Origin: a virus
Reading direction: 5' to 3' (one strand)
Length of the DNA stretch: 64,000 bases
IMG/VR virus record: IMGVR_UViG_3300017963_000016
Span: 1 to 64,000 of that record
Below, in pieces: positions 36,160-46,014 of the stretch; the stretch's first letter is position 1; every line of letters begins with the position of its first letter. The position numbers and the translations under genes were made by a program. A model generated the notes under the pieces. That model made no database searches, had not been told where the DNA came from, and saw only the letters and a program-made list of their open reading frames with translations.

Positions 36160-36457
36160 TATTATTATTCCTCAGCTTTTCAAATTTCTTTTTAATGAAT
36201 AAAAATCTACAATATTTTTCAATTATATTTTCTAATTTATCTGTTAATTCCCATTGGCTCCATTCCAAACAATCTCCTCCATATTTATAGGCTCCACACT
36301 TTTTATCCTCATATTTATTACAGTTATGACAAATTATAGGAATTGTAAATTCATCAGGGAATCTAATTAAAGTAAATTCTCTAATATTATCCTCTATTCT
36401 AAAACAATTGCTTATAAGAAAATCTATATCTCTTAATTCAAAATCTAAATTGTTCAT
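36149..36457 (-). CDS. Small Cys-rich protein
   Basis: CHNC...C...C. Confidence 0.55.
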   Translation of the reverse strand: MNNLDFELRDIDFLISNCFRIEDNIREFTLIRFPDEFTIPIICHNCNKYEDKKCGAYKYGGDCLEWSQWELTDKLENIIEKYCRFLFIKKKFEKLRNNNNDT

Positions 36458-36906
36458 TTAATTTTCCTCAGTAATTTTCTACTAAATATATAATTTACAA
36501 TCTCATCTATAATATTTACTCCTGGATTCATTATTTCTAGTTTGGTTATCATTTGTTTTAGTCTATATGTAAAATCGGTTTGCCTTTTATAGTAAGGTAA
36601 TATATAGAAAAGCTCAGGATTAAGATTATATGTTGCTTTAATCTTAGAATTATATTTTGGCTTTTTTCCAGGAACTACATTACTCTCTAAGCTCCAATTA
36701 TTTTTAGTAAGATAATCCAAAAAATCTTGATAAAAAAAATCCCCTGAGAAAAATATACATCTAAAACATTTTCTTGATTTTATTTTAGCTTTTTTGCCTG
36801 AATATAATCTAATAATTGAAAATCTTTTTTTATAGTAAACCCATAATTCTTTACATTCATAACAGTAATATATTTTCATTTTAATAGCTCCAATCAAATT
36901 CCTCAA
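36454..36906 (-). CDS. Zn-ribbon protein
   Basis: YYCYECK...KCFRC; similar to 54192..54467. Confidence 0.55.
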   Translation of the reverse strand: MRNLIGAIKMKIYYCYECKELWVYYKKRFSIIRLYSGKKAKIKSRKCFRCIFFSGDFFYQDFLDYLTKNNWSLESNVVPGKKPKYNSKIKATYNLNPELFYILPYYKRQTDFTYRLKQMITKLEIMNPGVNIIDEIVNYIFSRKLLRKIK

Positions 36907-37177
36907 TATGTTTTTTTAACTTATCAATTTTCAATTGAAATTTTGACTTTTTTTTAATATCTTTTATTTTGGTTTTTATATTTGAAATATCTACTTTAAT
37001 AACGTGAAGTTGAGCGATTATATTTCTAGGAGGAATCATTTTCTTTTCTCTATTGTAATTAAAAGCCTCCTCCTCATATTCCTCAATCTTTTTATCTATT
37101 GTATTAAATAGACTAAGCAAAAAGTTCTTAGATACTTCTATTTCAGTAAACTCATCTATTTGTTTTTTTTTTGCCAT
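36881..37177 (-). CDS. Coiled-coil hypothetical protein
   Basis: 98-aa ORF in operon. Confidence 0.6.
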   Translation of the reverse strand: MAKKKQIDEFTEIEVSKNFLLSLFNTIDKKIEEYEEEAFNYNREKKMIPPRNIIAQLHVIKVDISNIKTKIKDIKKKSKFQLKIDKLKKHIEEFDWSY

Positions 37178-37202
37178 ATCTTTAGCCTCTGGATTGTATT
37201 CT

Positions 37203-37505
37203 CTATTTAATATTTTTTAATTTGATTAATTTGATAAATGGTTTACAAAATGATAAGTGTCTAGATATAGAAGAAAATACATGATATGCATTAAATTGTT
37301 TTTTACATAAAGGACAATTATAGTTTTTATGTTTTGGATTATAATCGAAAGGTATTTGTTTACAAATTTCGATTTTTAATTTGATTAGCTCAGGAGATTC
37401 TTTTATAATAACTCTATCTCTAAAACAATCCTTACAAAAAAATCTATAAAAGATTAATTTATTACAAATCTTACATTTAGCCATTATTAGTTCACTTCCT
37501 CCCAT
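37203..37505 (-). CDS. Zn-finger protein
   Basis: CKIC...CKDC; CPLC...H...C. Confidence 0.6.
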   Translation of the reverse strand: MGGSELIMAKCKICNKLIFYRFFCKDCFRDRVIIKESPELIKLKIEICKQIPFDYNPKHKNYNCPLCKKQFNAYHVFSSISRHLSFCKPFIKLIKLKNIK

Positions 37506-37999
37506 TTATCTGAATGTGATTTTAATCCTTTAAAATTATCTGGTAATTCTCTTGAATGATATTTTCTACCTATTTTATTTTTATTCCAATTTCTTTTCAA
37601 TTGCTTATAATATTTTTTGAAAGTGTATTCTGATTTAACAGGATTTAGCAATTTAACAAAATCCTGCTTAACCTCATCATAATAATATAATCCTATACCA
37701 TTCTCCTGTAATTTCTTAATTTGTTTCTCATTGGGTTTTTTAGGTATTAATATTGAATTATAAGGAGTAAAAACTCTATTCCCTAAGGCTTGAGCAAAAA
37801 CAGGCATAAAGCCTTTTATCTTAGCCTCAATTCCTATTAATCTATTTTTCTCTCTAATAACAATATCAATCTTACTTTTATGGTAAGGAAATCCAGGAGC
37901 TAATTCTAATTTATATTCGATTTTATTCTTTTCTAAGGATTTACAAAATTCTTTAATCAATTCAATTTCATAATTAAATTCATTTAATTTTTCTGTCAA
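37487..37999 (-). CDS. PD-(D/E)xK nuclease family protein
   Basis: E...IDIV...IGIEAK...QA...GIGL. Confidence 0.75.
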   Translation of the reverse strand: MTEKLNEFNYEIELIKEFCKSLEKNKIEYKLELAPGFPYHKSKIDIVIREKNRLIGIEAKIKGFMPVFAQALGNRVFTPYNSILIPKKPNEKQIKKLQENGIGLYYYDEVKQDFVKLLNPVKSEYTFKKYYKQLKRNWNKNKIGRKYHSRELPDNFKGLKSHSDKWEEVN

Positions 38000-38288
38000 T
38001 TAAATCTCCTCCTGGTTTGTTTTTTCTTCTAGTTTTGAATTTATTAATTTTATCTTTACAATCATTACATAAAGGAATATTAGGGTCATCGGTTATTTGT
38101 TTATTACATTTCAGGCATAATTTCTTTCTAATCATTTTCTCCTCCTTTAATCTTTCATGGTAAAACCAATAGCAAAAATCACATATCCATTCATTATTGA
38201 TCTTAATGAAAGCCTCATCTCCACATGAGCAAAAATCCATTTCCTCCCATTTATTCGATTCAAACTTAACTCTATTCATTAAGCTCAT
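37980..38288 (-). CDS. Double Zn-finger protein
   Basis: CSCG...CDFC; CLKC...CNDC. Confidence 0.6.
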   Translation of the reverse strand: MSLMNRVKFESNKWEEMDFCSCGDEAFIKINNEWICDFCYWFYHERLKEEKMIRKKLCLKCNKQITDDPNIPLCNDCKDKINKFKTRRKNKPGGDLIDRKIK

Positions 38289-38928
38289 TTATTATTAGCC
38301 TCCAATAGATTTTATCAGTATTACCAGGAATTTTGAAAATCTTAAGATTTTTATACATTTTATCCAAGAGTATATTTAACTCTTTTTTTGAATAAGTGAA
38401 TTTGAAATCTTTTTTAATATCATGATATATCATTGTTAAACTCATAGGAATTTCATTTATTATAGATTTGGATAAAACATGAGTAATAATTGATTGAGCA
38501 AAATTGTCTTTGTATAATTCTATTAAATCTATTTGATTAGCAAAACTTTCATAGGAAAGCTTTTCTTTTCTATATCTCTTCAAATATTTTATTTCATTTG
38601 TTAATTTTCTAATCTTATCTGTTAATTTGCTTAGCTTTTTTTCTAAGCTAAGATTCTTCAGCCTAAATTTTTTGATTTCCTCAATACTATACTGTTCTTT
38701 TAGTTTTTTGTTTATTTTCTTCTTTCTTTCTATGGATATTTTTAATTTATTATTTTCAGTCTTCAATGCTCTTATCTCTCTCCTTAGTTTCACTACTTCC
38801 TCTACATTGTATCTCTCCCTAAGTCTTTTTATCTCATCCTCTCTTCCTTTTAATTTAGCTTTTAGTTCAGAGATTCTTTTGTATAGTTGGTTATTTTCCT
38901 GTATTAAATCTTCAATCTTTAGGCTCAC
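38272..38928 (-). CDS. Coiled-coil + wHTH protein
   Basis: Long heptad region; C-terminal ...IYWRL wing. Confidence 0.6.
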   Translation of the reverse strand: MSLKIEDLIQENNQLYKRISELKAKLKGREDEIKRLRERYNVEEVVKLRREIRALKTENNKLKISIERKKKINKKLKEQYSIEEIKKFRLKNLSLEKKLSKLTDKIRKLTNEIKYLKRYRKEKLSYESFANQIDLIELYKDNFAQSIITHVLSKSIINEIPMSLTMIYHDIKKDFKFTYSKKELNILLDKMYKNLKIFKIPGNTDKIYWRLIINELNE

Positions 38929-39095
38929 TTCTGTTCCTCCTTTCTAATTTCCTCACATGCTGAATCAAAGGCCTCCATAATCTTAAGAGAATTATTAACA
39001 GCATTTTTTCCTTTAACTTTTAACTTCATTCTTCCCTCTGGATTTTCCATATCTACTCTTACTATTTTTTCTTGATTGGATTGTTTTTTAGCCAT
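38925..39095 (-). CDS. Small hypothetical protein (56 aa)
   Basis: Manual translation MAKKQSNQEK...RKEEQK*; GTGA overlap with the next gene. Confidence 0.5.
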   Translation of the reverse strand: MAKKQSNQEKIVRVDMENPEGRMKLKVKGKNAVNNSLKIMEAFDSACEEIRKEEQK

Positions 39096-40298
39096 TTAGA
39101 AAAACCTCTCTAATGTATTTTGATTTGAATCATGTATCATCTTAGGAACTTTAGAAATATCATAATTACAAATAAAGTATTCTTGTTTATCCTCTTGATT
39201 ATTGGCACTAGTACAATATTTCACTTCTTGAGGAATTATATGCCAATTTTTTAGGTCCTTAAATTCCTCCAGGTAAAATTTACATTCTCCTCCTATTGAA
39301 GTATTGAAATGAAATGGAGATTCTTTCATTATATTAATTAAATCGTAGTGATCATCAAGAGTAAATCTGTATAATGTGTAATATTCTTCGGTATCTGGAT
39401 AAGGAGGATCGGCATATACAAATACTTGTTTAGTAAGACCTTTCTTTTGATTAAGAGCTGTAAGGAGACTTTTATAGACTTTCCTGAAATCATAGCTAGT
39501 TAGATTCACATATCTTAATCTTTCAATAGCTTGAGGGTCGATCATTGTATAGAGGCCTCCATCAGCATTAGATATAGGCCTGGTTGTTTTTGGATTAGTT
39601 CCTCTAAAGCTAGGGAATATTCTACTTATATTCTTATAATATTCAATAGATTCTTTTGTTTGATATTCTTTCATAACTGTTGGGAGAGTTGCTCCTCTAT
39701 AATTCATATTAACTTCAATAGCAGGTTTAATACAATATTCTAAGGCTTGATTTCTCAATTGTTTATTTAAATTTTTAATCATTTTAATTGTCTTTTTAAT
39801 CTCAGGCTGTAAATCTATATTAAATTTAAAAAGCTCTCTCAATTGTCTTATATTCCATTTATATAAATTAACTAAATCAAGATTGAAATAACCTAGAGCA
39901 ATTTGTTTTATTAAATCATAATCATAACTCCCTGAGCCTCCAAAACCAATTCTATTCGAATAGAAAAAAAAGAAAGCCTGTTCAATTTTATTATGAGGTA
40001 TAATCTTACCTTTTTTCATATCATTGAAAATCTTTTGAGAAATCAATCCTAATACTCCCTCTTTTAATGAATCAAACTCTTGAGGGAAGTCTCTTATTAC
40101 TTCAAAATAATTAATATAATTTGAATCTAAATCATTAAAACATTCATACTTATATGCTTTCTTTTTATTTAGCTCATAAACACATGATCCGCAAAAAAGA
40201 CTAATGAAATAATCGTGAAAAGGAGTATGATTAACTAATTCCTTTCTTAGCCTGTATTTTCCTCCTACCTGGTTTATTCCTGGATTGATGTATCCCAT
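39096..40298 (-). CDS. D12-class N6-adenine DNA methyltransferase (Dam-like) with a long insertion
   Basis: GGKYRL, LFCGSCV, FNDLD, YADPPY, EYFICNY. Confidence 0.85.
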   Translation of the reverse strand: MGYINPGINQVGGKYRLRKELVNHTPFHDYFISLFCGSCVYELNKKKAYKYECFNDLDSNYINYFEVIRDFPQEFDSLKEGVLGLISQKIFNDMKKGKIIPHNKIEQAFFFFYSNRIGFGGSGSYDYDLIKQIALGYFNLDLVNLYKWNIRQLRELFKFNIDLQPEIKKTIKMIKNLNKQLRNQALEYCIKPAIEVNMNYRGATLPTVMKEYQTKESIEYYKNISRIFPSFRGTNPKTTRPISNADGGLYTMIDPQAIERLRYVNLTSYDFRKVYKSLLTALNQKKGLTKQVFVYADPPYPDTEEYYTLYRFTLDDHYDLINIMKESPFHFNTSIGGECKFYLEEFKDLKNWHIIPQEVKYCTSANNQEDKQEYFICNYDISKVPKMIHDSNQNTLERFF

Positions 40299-40315
40299 TT
40301 CTTTCTTTTCCTCAT

Positions 40316-40603
40316 TTATTTTAAGTTTTTTATTTTATAATATGTAGTTTTTTTATTTCCAGAATAATTTAATTTTCTCATAGCCTTAAGTAATCCTGCT
40401 TTATGGAATTGTCTTATGTAAACATAAACCTTTCCAAAAAGAGTTTTATTGAATTTATTAAATATTGAATAATAAATATCTCCCATAGTAAATTCCCGAT
40501 CTTGAAAATTATCGAATATCTCTTTTCTTATCCTTTCTTTCTCAGCCTTTCTATCTTTTTTATAGCCTCTCCACATCTTACCCCAATCAACTACTTTAGG
40601 CAT
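40316..40603 (-). CDS. wHTH protein
   Basis: EFTMGDIY...VYVYIRQFHKAGLL...YYKI. Confidence 0.6.
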   Translation of the reverse strand: MPKVVDWGKMWRGYKKDRKAEKERIRKEIFDNFQDREFTMGDIYYSIFNKFNKTLFGKVYVYIRQFHKAGLLKAMRKLNYSGNKKTTYYKIKNLK

Positions 40604-40742
40604 AGTTATTACTCCTCCTCTTTTATTGTTTTTTTGTAAACCTGGTTATCAAAAACATCCTTTATCTCATAAGAAGTAAATATATTCATTGAATATCTTA
40701 AGATAATTGTATTAGTCTCTTTAGAGGATTGAGGATGTTGTT

Positions 40743-41051
40743 TTATCCCTGTAATTGAATCTCATCTCCAATAATTTTTAGATAATTATAATAATATGGG
40801 TCTAGAACCTGAAATTTTGGATAATATATACCATTATAAAATTTATAAAATTTAGGATTAAGTTCTATTCGGTTATTTTCAATTCCCGGATTATTCCAGA
40901 TTGATAAAATAAAAACCCTGTAAAAAACTCTAAGAGATAATTTAGCTTTTCTTTTAGTTTGAGTTTTTATGATTGTATAAATTAACTTAAATGATAATTT
41001 GAATGATCTATTAATAAATTGTATTCTATTCATAATAATCCTCCTTATCAA
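40743..41051 (-). CDS. Hypothetical protein
   Basis: 102-aa ORF. Confidence 0.45.
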   Translation of the reverse strand: MIRRIIMNRIQFINRSFKLSFKLIYTIIKTQTKRKAKLSLRVFYRVFILSIWNNPGIENNRIELNPKFYKFYNGIYYPKFQVLDPYYYNYLKIIGDEIQLQG

Positions 41052-41736
41052 ACCATTTGTCTAATGTTAAATTTAATTTCTCCCTTTCTTTCTCTAAATC
41101 ATTTTGTTTATGAAAAAATGATCTTGTAATAGGAGAGAAATTATTTCCTGCTTTAAATATAGCGATTACTAAAGGGAATGTGGAGCAAGAGCCTGATTTT
41201 TTCTTTTTAGTAAGTTTAGTATAACAAGCCTCACATATTCTTTTCTTATTATAGTTTATTGATTTTTGGATTAATACTTTACATAAGGAGCATTGGATAA
41301 GGAAATTAACTCTTCCCTTACAATATAGTATCATATAAGCTTTCATAATCCATTTATGCCAATATTTTGTATCTGTTCTAGGAGGCAAAATCATTACTAC
41401 TTTAGTATTTTCCTTTTGGCTTTCATTATAAGCTTTTTTAACCCACTCTCCCATTGCTGAATAAGGAGGATTGAGGAATATATTATTTCCTCTCCAGGAT
41501 TTTATTAACCCATTATCCTTTTTGGTAAAATGTTTTTTAGTTAAAGCATTTTCATCAGTGCTAGCAGGGTCTAAAGTAAACTTAAATTCAGGCTGTTTAT
41601 TTGTATTCTGAGGAGGAAAAATTAAATTCATTTGTTTTTCTACTAATTCAAAAAACGGTTTTGGAGTTTGCCAATTATCCAATGAACTTTCATTCCTGGA
41701 GTAAAAACCAGGCTCCTCTTTTTTACTATTTAGCAT
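41026..41736 (-). CDS. Phage-type N6-adenine DNA methyltransferase with a Zn-finger insertion
   Basis: WQTP, FTLDPA, DNGLIKSW, FLNPPYS, PRTDTKYWH, GRVNF; inserted CSLC...CEAC. Confidence 0.85.
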   Translation of the reverse strand: MLNSKKEEPGFYSRNESSLDNWQTPKPFFELVEKQMNLIFPPQNTNKQPEFKFTLDPASTDENALTKKHFTKKDNGLIKSWRGNNIFLNPPYSAMGEWVKKAYNESQKENTKVVMILPPRTDTKYWHKWIMKAYMILYCKGRVNFLIQCSLCKVLIQKSINYNKKRICEACYTKLTKKKKSGSCSTFPLVIAIFKAGNNFSPITRSFFHKQNDLEKEREKLNLTLDKWFDKEDYYE

Positions 41737-41738
41737 AA

Positions 41739-42155
41739 TTATTCTAATCTCTTTATATTATAAAATTCTATTAATATAGGTATTAAAGACTTAGCCTCTT
41801 CACTAATTTTTAATTTCCAATTGTTTTTAACGATTAATTTTAAGGTAAAATTATTTACATAAGGTAAGGTATTATTTTCTATTGTTATTTTTTTAAACCT
41901 ATTAGTATTTTTATTTAAATACTTTATCTCTCCATTCTTTAGCAGGATATATCTATTTTTCAAAAGGAAAGGAAAGGATTGTCTTAAACTAATCCTGAAA
42001 TGTTTATCCTTTCTCTTAGGATTATAGATTTTTACCAGGAAATCTAAAATATCTTTAATTTTAACAAATTCCAATAAATCCTCTTGGAATAGATAAATCA
42101 ATATTCTAGCCTGTCTAAAGGTTATTTTAAATAATTTAAGCATATCCTCCCTCAC
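41739..42155 (-). CDS. wHTH-like protein, paralog of 32507..32953
   Basis: See paralog. Confidence 0.65.
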   Translation of the reverse strand: MREDMLKLFKITFRQARILIYLFQEDLLEFVKIKDILDFLVKIYNPKRKDKHFRISLRQSFPFLLKNRYILLKNGEIKYLNKNTNRFKKITIENNTLPYVNNFTLKLIVKNNWKLKISEEAKSLIPILIEFYNIKRLE

Positions 42156-42529
42156 TTACTAATTGGATTATTATTTCTTTTGTGTATTCCCTCAAAAAAG
42201 TTCTTAGCCTCATATTTTAGGTATTCAGCTATTTTCTCTTTTTTATTCTCATATTTGCTTTTATTCTTTCTTATCATTAAAGTAATATTCCCAATCGTAT
42301 AATCGTAATCAGGAGTTAGTTCATTTAATTCAAACCAAATACACATCTTTTTAGGTTTATCAATAAAATTATCAATAAATTCCTCTGTTAATTCAAAATA
42401 TTCTTGGAGAAATATTTCAAAATCTTCATAATTACCAATTACTAAAGTATATGAATCCTCAATCTTATTCATATATCTATCTCCATTCCTTTTATGGAAA
42501 GCTAAGAATAATTCAAATTTTAAGAACAT
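42152..42529 (-). CDS. Hypothetical protein
   Basis: Coupled ORF. Confidence 0.55.
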   Translation of the reverse strand: MFLKFELFLAFHKRNGDRYMNKIEDSYTLVIGNYEDFEIFLQEYFELTEEFIDNFIDKPKKMCIWFELNELTPDYDYTIGNITLMIRKNKSKYENKKEKIAEYLKYEAKNFFEGIHKRNNNPISK

Positions 42530-42937
42530 TTATTTATTCTCCTCCTTTAGCTTTTTAATCTCAGGAATGTTAGTATCTATTACTTCTTTTAGCAAGAATA
42601 CATGACTATTATTGAGAAAATACATATTACTTTTCAATTCAGGGAATGTAATATCAAAATCAATTACAATTCCCTCTCCCTCTTCTATACATGAAAGAAA
42701 GTCATATTTACATTCTTTACTAAATCTTATCTCATAACAATTTAATTTTATGAAATAATAAGTATCCCATAAACTTAATTCCTTTATTTTTTCCTCTGCT
42801 ATTGTCTCTTTAATTAGTCCAATAATCAAATCAGTTAAATAATTTGGTTTGTCATAGTTCTTTTTGAAAAGTTCACTACAGCTTGATATTTTATTCCTTA
42901 AAGGATGTTTTATTTTTTCAAATAGCTCCATTTTCAT
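42530..42937 (-). CDS. Hypothetical protein
   Basis: Coupled ORF. Confidence 0.55.
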   Translation of the reverse strand: MKMELFEKIKHPLRNKISSCSELFKKNYDKPNYLTDLIIGLIKETIAEEKIKELSLWDTYYFIKLNCYEIRFSKECKYDFLSCIEEGEGIVIDFDITFPELKSNMYFLNNSHVFLLKEVIDTNIPEIKKLKEENK

Positions 42938-43254
42938 TCTATCCTCTTTTTAATTGGAAATTTTTTCTCAATTTCATTATTGTAATATTCTGATAATTCT
43001 TTTCTTAATTTAGCAAATTTAGAATCATTATCTATTCTGATATTTTTATCCATAATAAGATTCATATAGAAATGATTAAGAAAAATCTCAAATTCATGTA
43101 AAACACTAAAAGATTTTTCACATTTAAGATTCTTATAATTATCTTTATGGAATTTTATTCTCTCCTCTAAATAATCAATAATATCCTCAAATTTAATCAA
43201 TTCCTTAGGCATATTAAATCCTCTTAATGTTATTATCATTAAACTTATTTCCAA
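42934..43254 (-). CDS. Hypothetical protein
   Basis: Probable start MPKELI near 43212. Confidence 0.55.
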   Translation of the reverse strand: MEISLMIITLRGFNMPKELIKFEDIIDYLEERIKFHKDNYKNLKCEKSFSVLHEFEIFLNHFYMNLIMDKNIRIDNDSKFAKLRKELSEYYNNEIEKKFPIKKRIE

Positions 43255-43450
43255 CAGGCATTATCTTATTGATTAACGTAATTGAAATAGAAGAGATATA
43301 AATTCCATTCTTTATAAATTTATAACAGCCATTATCAAATTCATAAGAGCTAGCCCAAATCTGAATAGGAAGTTCTATATTCTTTAGATAAACTAGATAT
43401 TGATAAACTTTAGTTTGTTTTCTGTTTTTCTTGATTTTCTTGATTTTCAT
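43214..43450 (-). CDS. Small beta-rich protein
   Basis: Coupled ORF. Confidence 0.5.
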   Translation of the reverse strand: MKIKKIKKNRKQTKVYQYLVYLKNIELPIQIWASSYEFDNGCYKFIKNGIYISSISITLINKIMPVGNKFNDNNIKRI

Positions 43451-43451
43451 T

Positions 43452-43682
43452 TTAATCCTCTAATCTAATACATTCTCTTTTATCTATTAATCCCTGTTCT
43501 TTTAACTGAACTATGGCCTCTTTAAAATCCGAGCTTGAGAAAGATATATGCCATTTATCTTGTATCCTCTCTTCCAAATTATCTATTGGCCAAAACTCAG
43601 TATTATTTTTTGAGAAGATATCTGAAGTAAAAAAATCTAATATATCCTCCTTTAATCTCTCAATTACTTCCTCTTTTTTCAA
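43452..43682 (-). CDS. Small wHTH protein
   Basis: FKEAIVQLKEQGLI; GGAGG RBS. Confidence 0.55.
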   Translation of the reverse strand: MKKEEVIERLKEDILDFFTSDIFSKNNTEFWPIDNLEERIQDKWHISFSSSDFKEAIVQLKEQGLIDKRECIRLED

Positions 43683-43799
43683 TTTAATTTCCTCCTGGTA
43701 TATGTATAATAATCTTTCTTTTGGGAAATTTATTTAGATATTTGTTTTGTAATATCAAGCATATACAGGGATTAAACCCACATTTATTACATCCCATTT

Positions 43800-44195
43800 C
43801 TAAGCCTCCAATTTTTTAAATAAGTAATCTCTATAAGAAATATATCGGTTTAATAACCATTTATAGCTTTTAATAGTTGATAAAGTTGTTTTACTCTTAC
43901 ATTTTCGGTCTCTATAAAAAAATGTTTTTCTAGTTAATTCTCTTAAGATATTTTTTGTTTCTTGGAAAAAATTATCATAAGTTATTTTTCTATAATACTT
44001 ACATTTATATTTTCTCAGAAAGTTGCCAAACTCAGAGATTACCTTAGGAGATTTACAGCCTAAGCATATTATCCCATCCTCATCAGGCTCAGGAGAGATA
44101 TAATTATTACAGATAACACATAAACATTTAGGAAACATTACAGAATTACATTTTTCACATCTAATAAATCGATCAATTCTTTTCACTTTACTCAT
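43800..44195 (-). CDS. Cys-rich Zn-finger protein
   Basis: CEKC...C.CVIC...CLGC. Confidence 0.55.
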   Translation of the reverse strand: MSKVKRIDRFIRCEKCNSVMFPKCLCVICNNYISPEPDEDGIICLGCKSPKVISEFGNFLRKYKCKYYRKITYDNFFQETKNILRELTRKTFFYRDRKCKSKTTLSTIKSYKWLLNRYISYRDYLFKKLEA

Positions 44196-44197
44196 AG

Positions 44198-44491
44198 TTA
44201 AATCCCATATTCTTTTTTTATAATTCTAATTAATTCTTGTATTAATTTATCTATATCAGAGCCATATACACACATAGAGCCAATAGGAGTAATTGGATAT
44301 ATATGTAATTCCCATAACTTATTCTCATTTATACAAATATCCTTATCATTCAATATAAAAACAAAATTCCTATGTTCTTTATACTCCTCAAGATATTCTT
44401 TAACAGTTCTATGTTCAATCTTATGATCATTATAAGTAATTATTACATTACAGTATTTTTCTAATTCTTTTAACATAACTCTCAAATCCAT
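44198..44491 (-). CDS. Phage-type hypothetical protein
   Basis: NDHK...WELHIYPITPIGS motif. Confidence 0.6.
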   Translation of the reverse strand: MDLRVMLKELEKYCNVIITYNDHKIEHRTVKEYLEEYKEHRNFVFILNDKDICINENKLWELHIYPITPIGSMCVYGSDIDKLIQELIRIIKKEYGI

Positions 44492-44817
44492 TTACAGCTA
44501 GGATATTTAGCTTTTAATTTTTTATATTCCTCAGATTCTTTAAACCCTTTGGCAAAAAACCTGGTTTTGTTTAAAATTACTTTTATTAATTCATTCAATA
44601 GTTTTTCTTTAGTGAAATCCTTATAGACCTCATAAATTTCCAAAAGCTTTTCTTTTTTTAACTTCCTTAGCTCTCTTTTGTCGACAATCTTAATAAGCTC
44701 ATCCCTTTCTTTTGTTGCTTTCTCATCTATCTCAAATGTAGAATAATCATTACAATCATTACATTTTTTTACTCCTAAAAAACAATCTACATTTGAATTA
44801 CTACAATCTTTTTTCAT
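44482..44817 (-). CDS. Hypothetical protein with an N-terminal Cys cluster
   Basis: ORF in operon. Confidence 0.55.
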   Translation of the reverse strand: MKKDCSNSNVDCFLGVKKCNDCNDYSTFEIDEKATKERDELIKIVDKRELRKLKKEKLLEIYEVYKDFTKEKLLNELIKVILNKTRFFAKGFKESEEYKKLKAKYPSCKWI

Positions 44818-44823
44818 TTTGTT

Positions 44824-45219
44824 TTATTCCTCCACTAATTTAAAGATTTTTAATATTTCTTCATTGATACAATATAAATCCTGCTCTTCAATAAGCTCCT
44901 GCTTATCTCCAAAAGCCTCAGTAAGAATATCCAGGATTTTTTTCTTTAATCCTTTTATTCCTTTATTCTTTTCCTCTTCTATTGATTTTAACATCTTATT
45001 AGCCTCAGCCATAATATCATTTAAATTCTTATCTAATATATTTTGATTTGCCTCAAATACAGCTTGAATAGAAATACATAAATCTCCAATGAGATGAATA
45101 TCTAAAGGCTGTTTCTGAATTAGATTAATCCATAAAACTTTTGAAATAACAAAAAGCTCCTGGAACTTATTTTTGGAAATGTGAATTAAATTATTCCAAT
45201 TAATTGTTGGTTTAGGCAT
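44824..45219 (-). CDS. Hypothetical helical protein
   Basis: ORF in operon. Confidence 0.6.
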   Translation of the reverse strand: MPKPTINWNNLIHISKNKFQELFVISKVLWINLIQKQPLDIHLIGDLCISIQAVFEANQNILDKNLNDIMAEANKMLKSIEEEKNKGIKGLKKKILDILTEAFGDKQELIEEQDLYCINEEILKIFKLVEE

Positions 45220-45697
45220 ATCTATCCTCTTTTATTATTGTTTGATTAAAATCCTCCATGTTTATTACATGGAAATTATTTGTTATTGGCTCATCCCTGA
45301 TCTCAAATCCAATGGAATTGAAATAGTCTCTACATTTTCTAACATCATTTATTCGATTTTTAAAATAATTGGTAATTTCTGAGCTTGAAGAAAACAGTCT
45401 ATTTTGATCTCTCTTAAAATTAAAAACAATAGAATACATATTAATCTCAACAGATTCTATGCCTCCAAAATCAGCCTTATTTATATAAACATAATATTTT
45501 GGTCTTGGCCAATTATTTAGAATAATAGGTTTAAATTTAATTTCTTCATTATTGATTATTTTAGTTTTAACTTTATATGAATCATTCTGTTTAATCGGTA
45601 TATATTTATTAAGCCAATTAGGTATTGAATCTAATGGTAATCTAAAAGAAAGATTATGTATTTCATATTTCCCTAATTCCTTACTTAGTTTAGGCAT
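45212..45697 (-). CDS. Stand-alone paralog of the core domain of 27976..29397
   Basis: IHNLSFRLPLDSIPNWL and FKPIILNNWPRPKYY identical in both proteins. Confidence 0.75.
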   Translation of the reverse strand: MPKLSKELGKYEIHNLSFRLPLDSIPNWLNKYIPIKQNDSYKVKTKIINNEEIKFKPIILNNWPRPKYYVYINKADFGGIESVEINMYSIVFNFKRDQNRLFSSSSEITNYFKNRINDVRKCRDYFNSIGFEIRDEPITNNFHVINMEDFNQTIIKEDRYA

Positions 45698-46013
45698 ATT
45701 TATCCCTCTTATATTTTATATTATATTTTTTTAATAAAGTTCTATATAGATTTTGCCATTCTTCTCTATGGAGTCTATTATCCTCATTATTCGGCAATAA
45801 AGCATGAGTAATTTCATGAATAAACCATTTTTTAATATCATTACTAGTTTTATCTAAATATATCAGCTTAAGATCATTTATACATTCATTCTCTCCTTTA
45901 ATTTCCCATAATTCTAATTCCCAATCTTCTAAATTATTTTCTCTGCTTACAATTTCAATAAGTTTAATTAAATCCTCTGATATATATTCTTGTTCTATAT
46001 TCCTTATTTTCAA
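45690..46013 (-). CDS. HExxH zinc metallopeptidase-like (SprT-like) protein
   Basis: WFIHEITHALL...HREEW. Confidence 0.7.
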   Translation of the reverse strand: MKIRNIEQEYISEDLIKLIEIVSRENNLEDWELELWEIKGENECINDLKLIYLDKTSNDIKKWFIHEITHALLPNNEDNRLHREEWQNLYRTLLKKYNIKYKRDKYA

Positions 46014-46014
46014 T

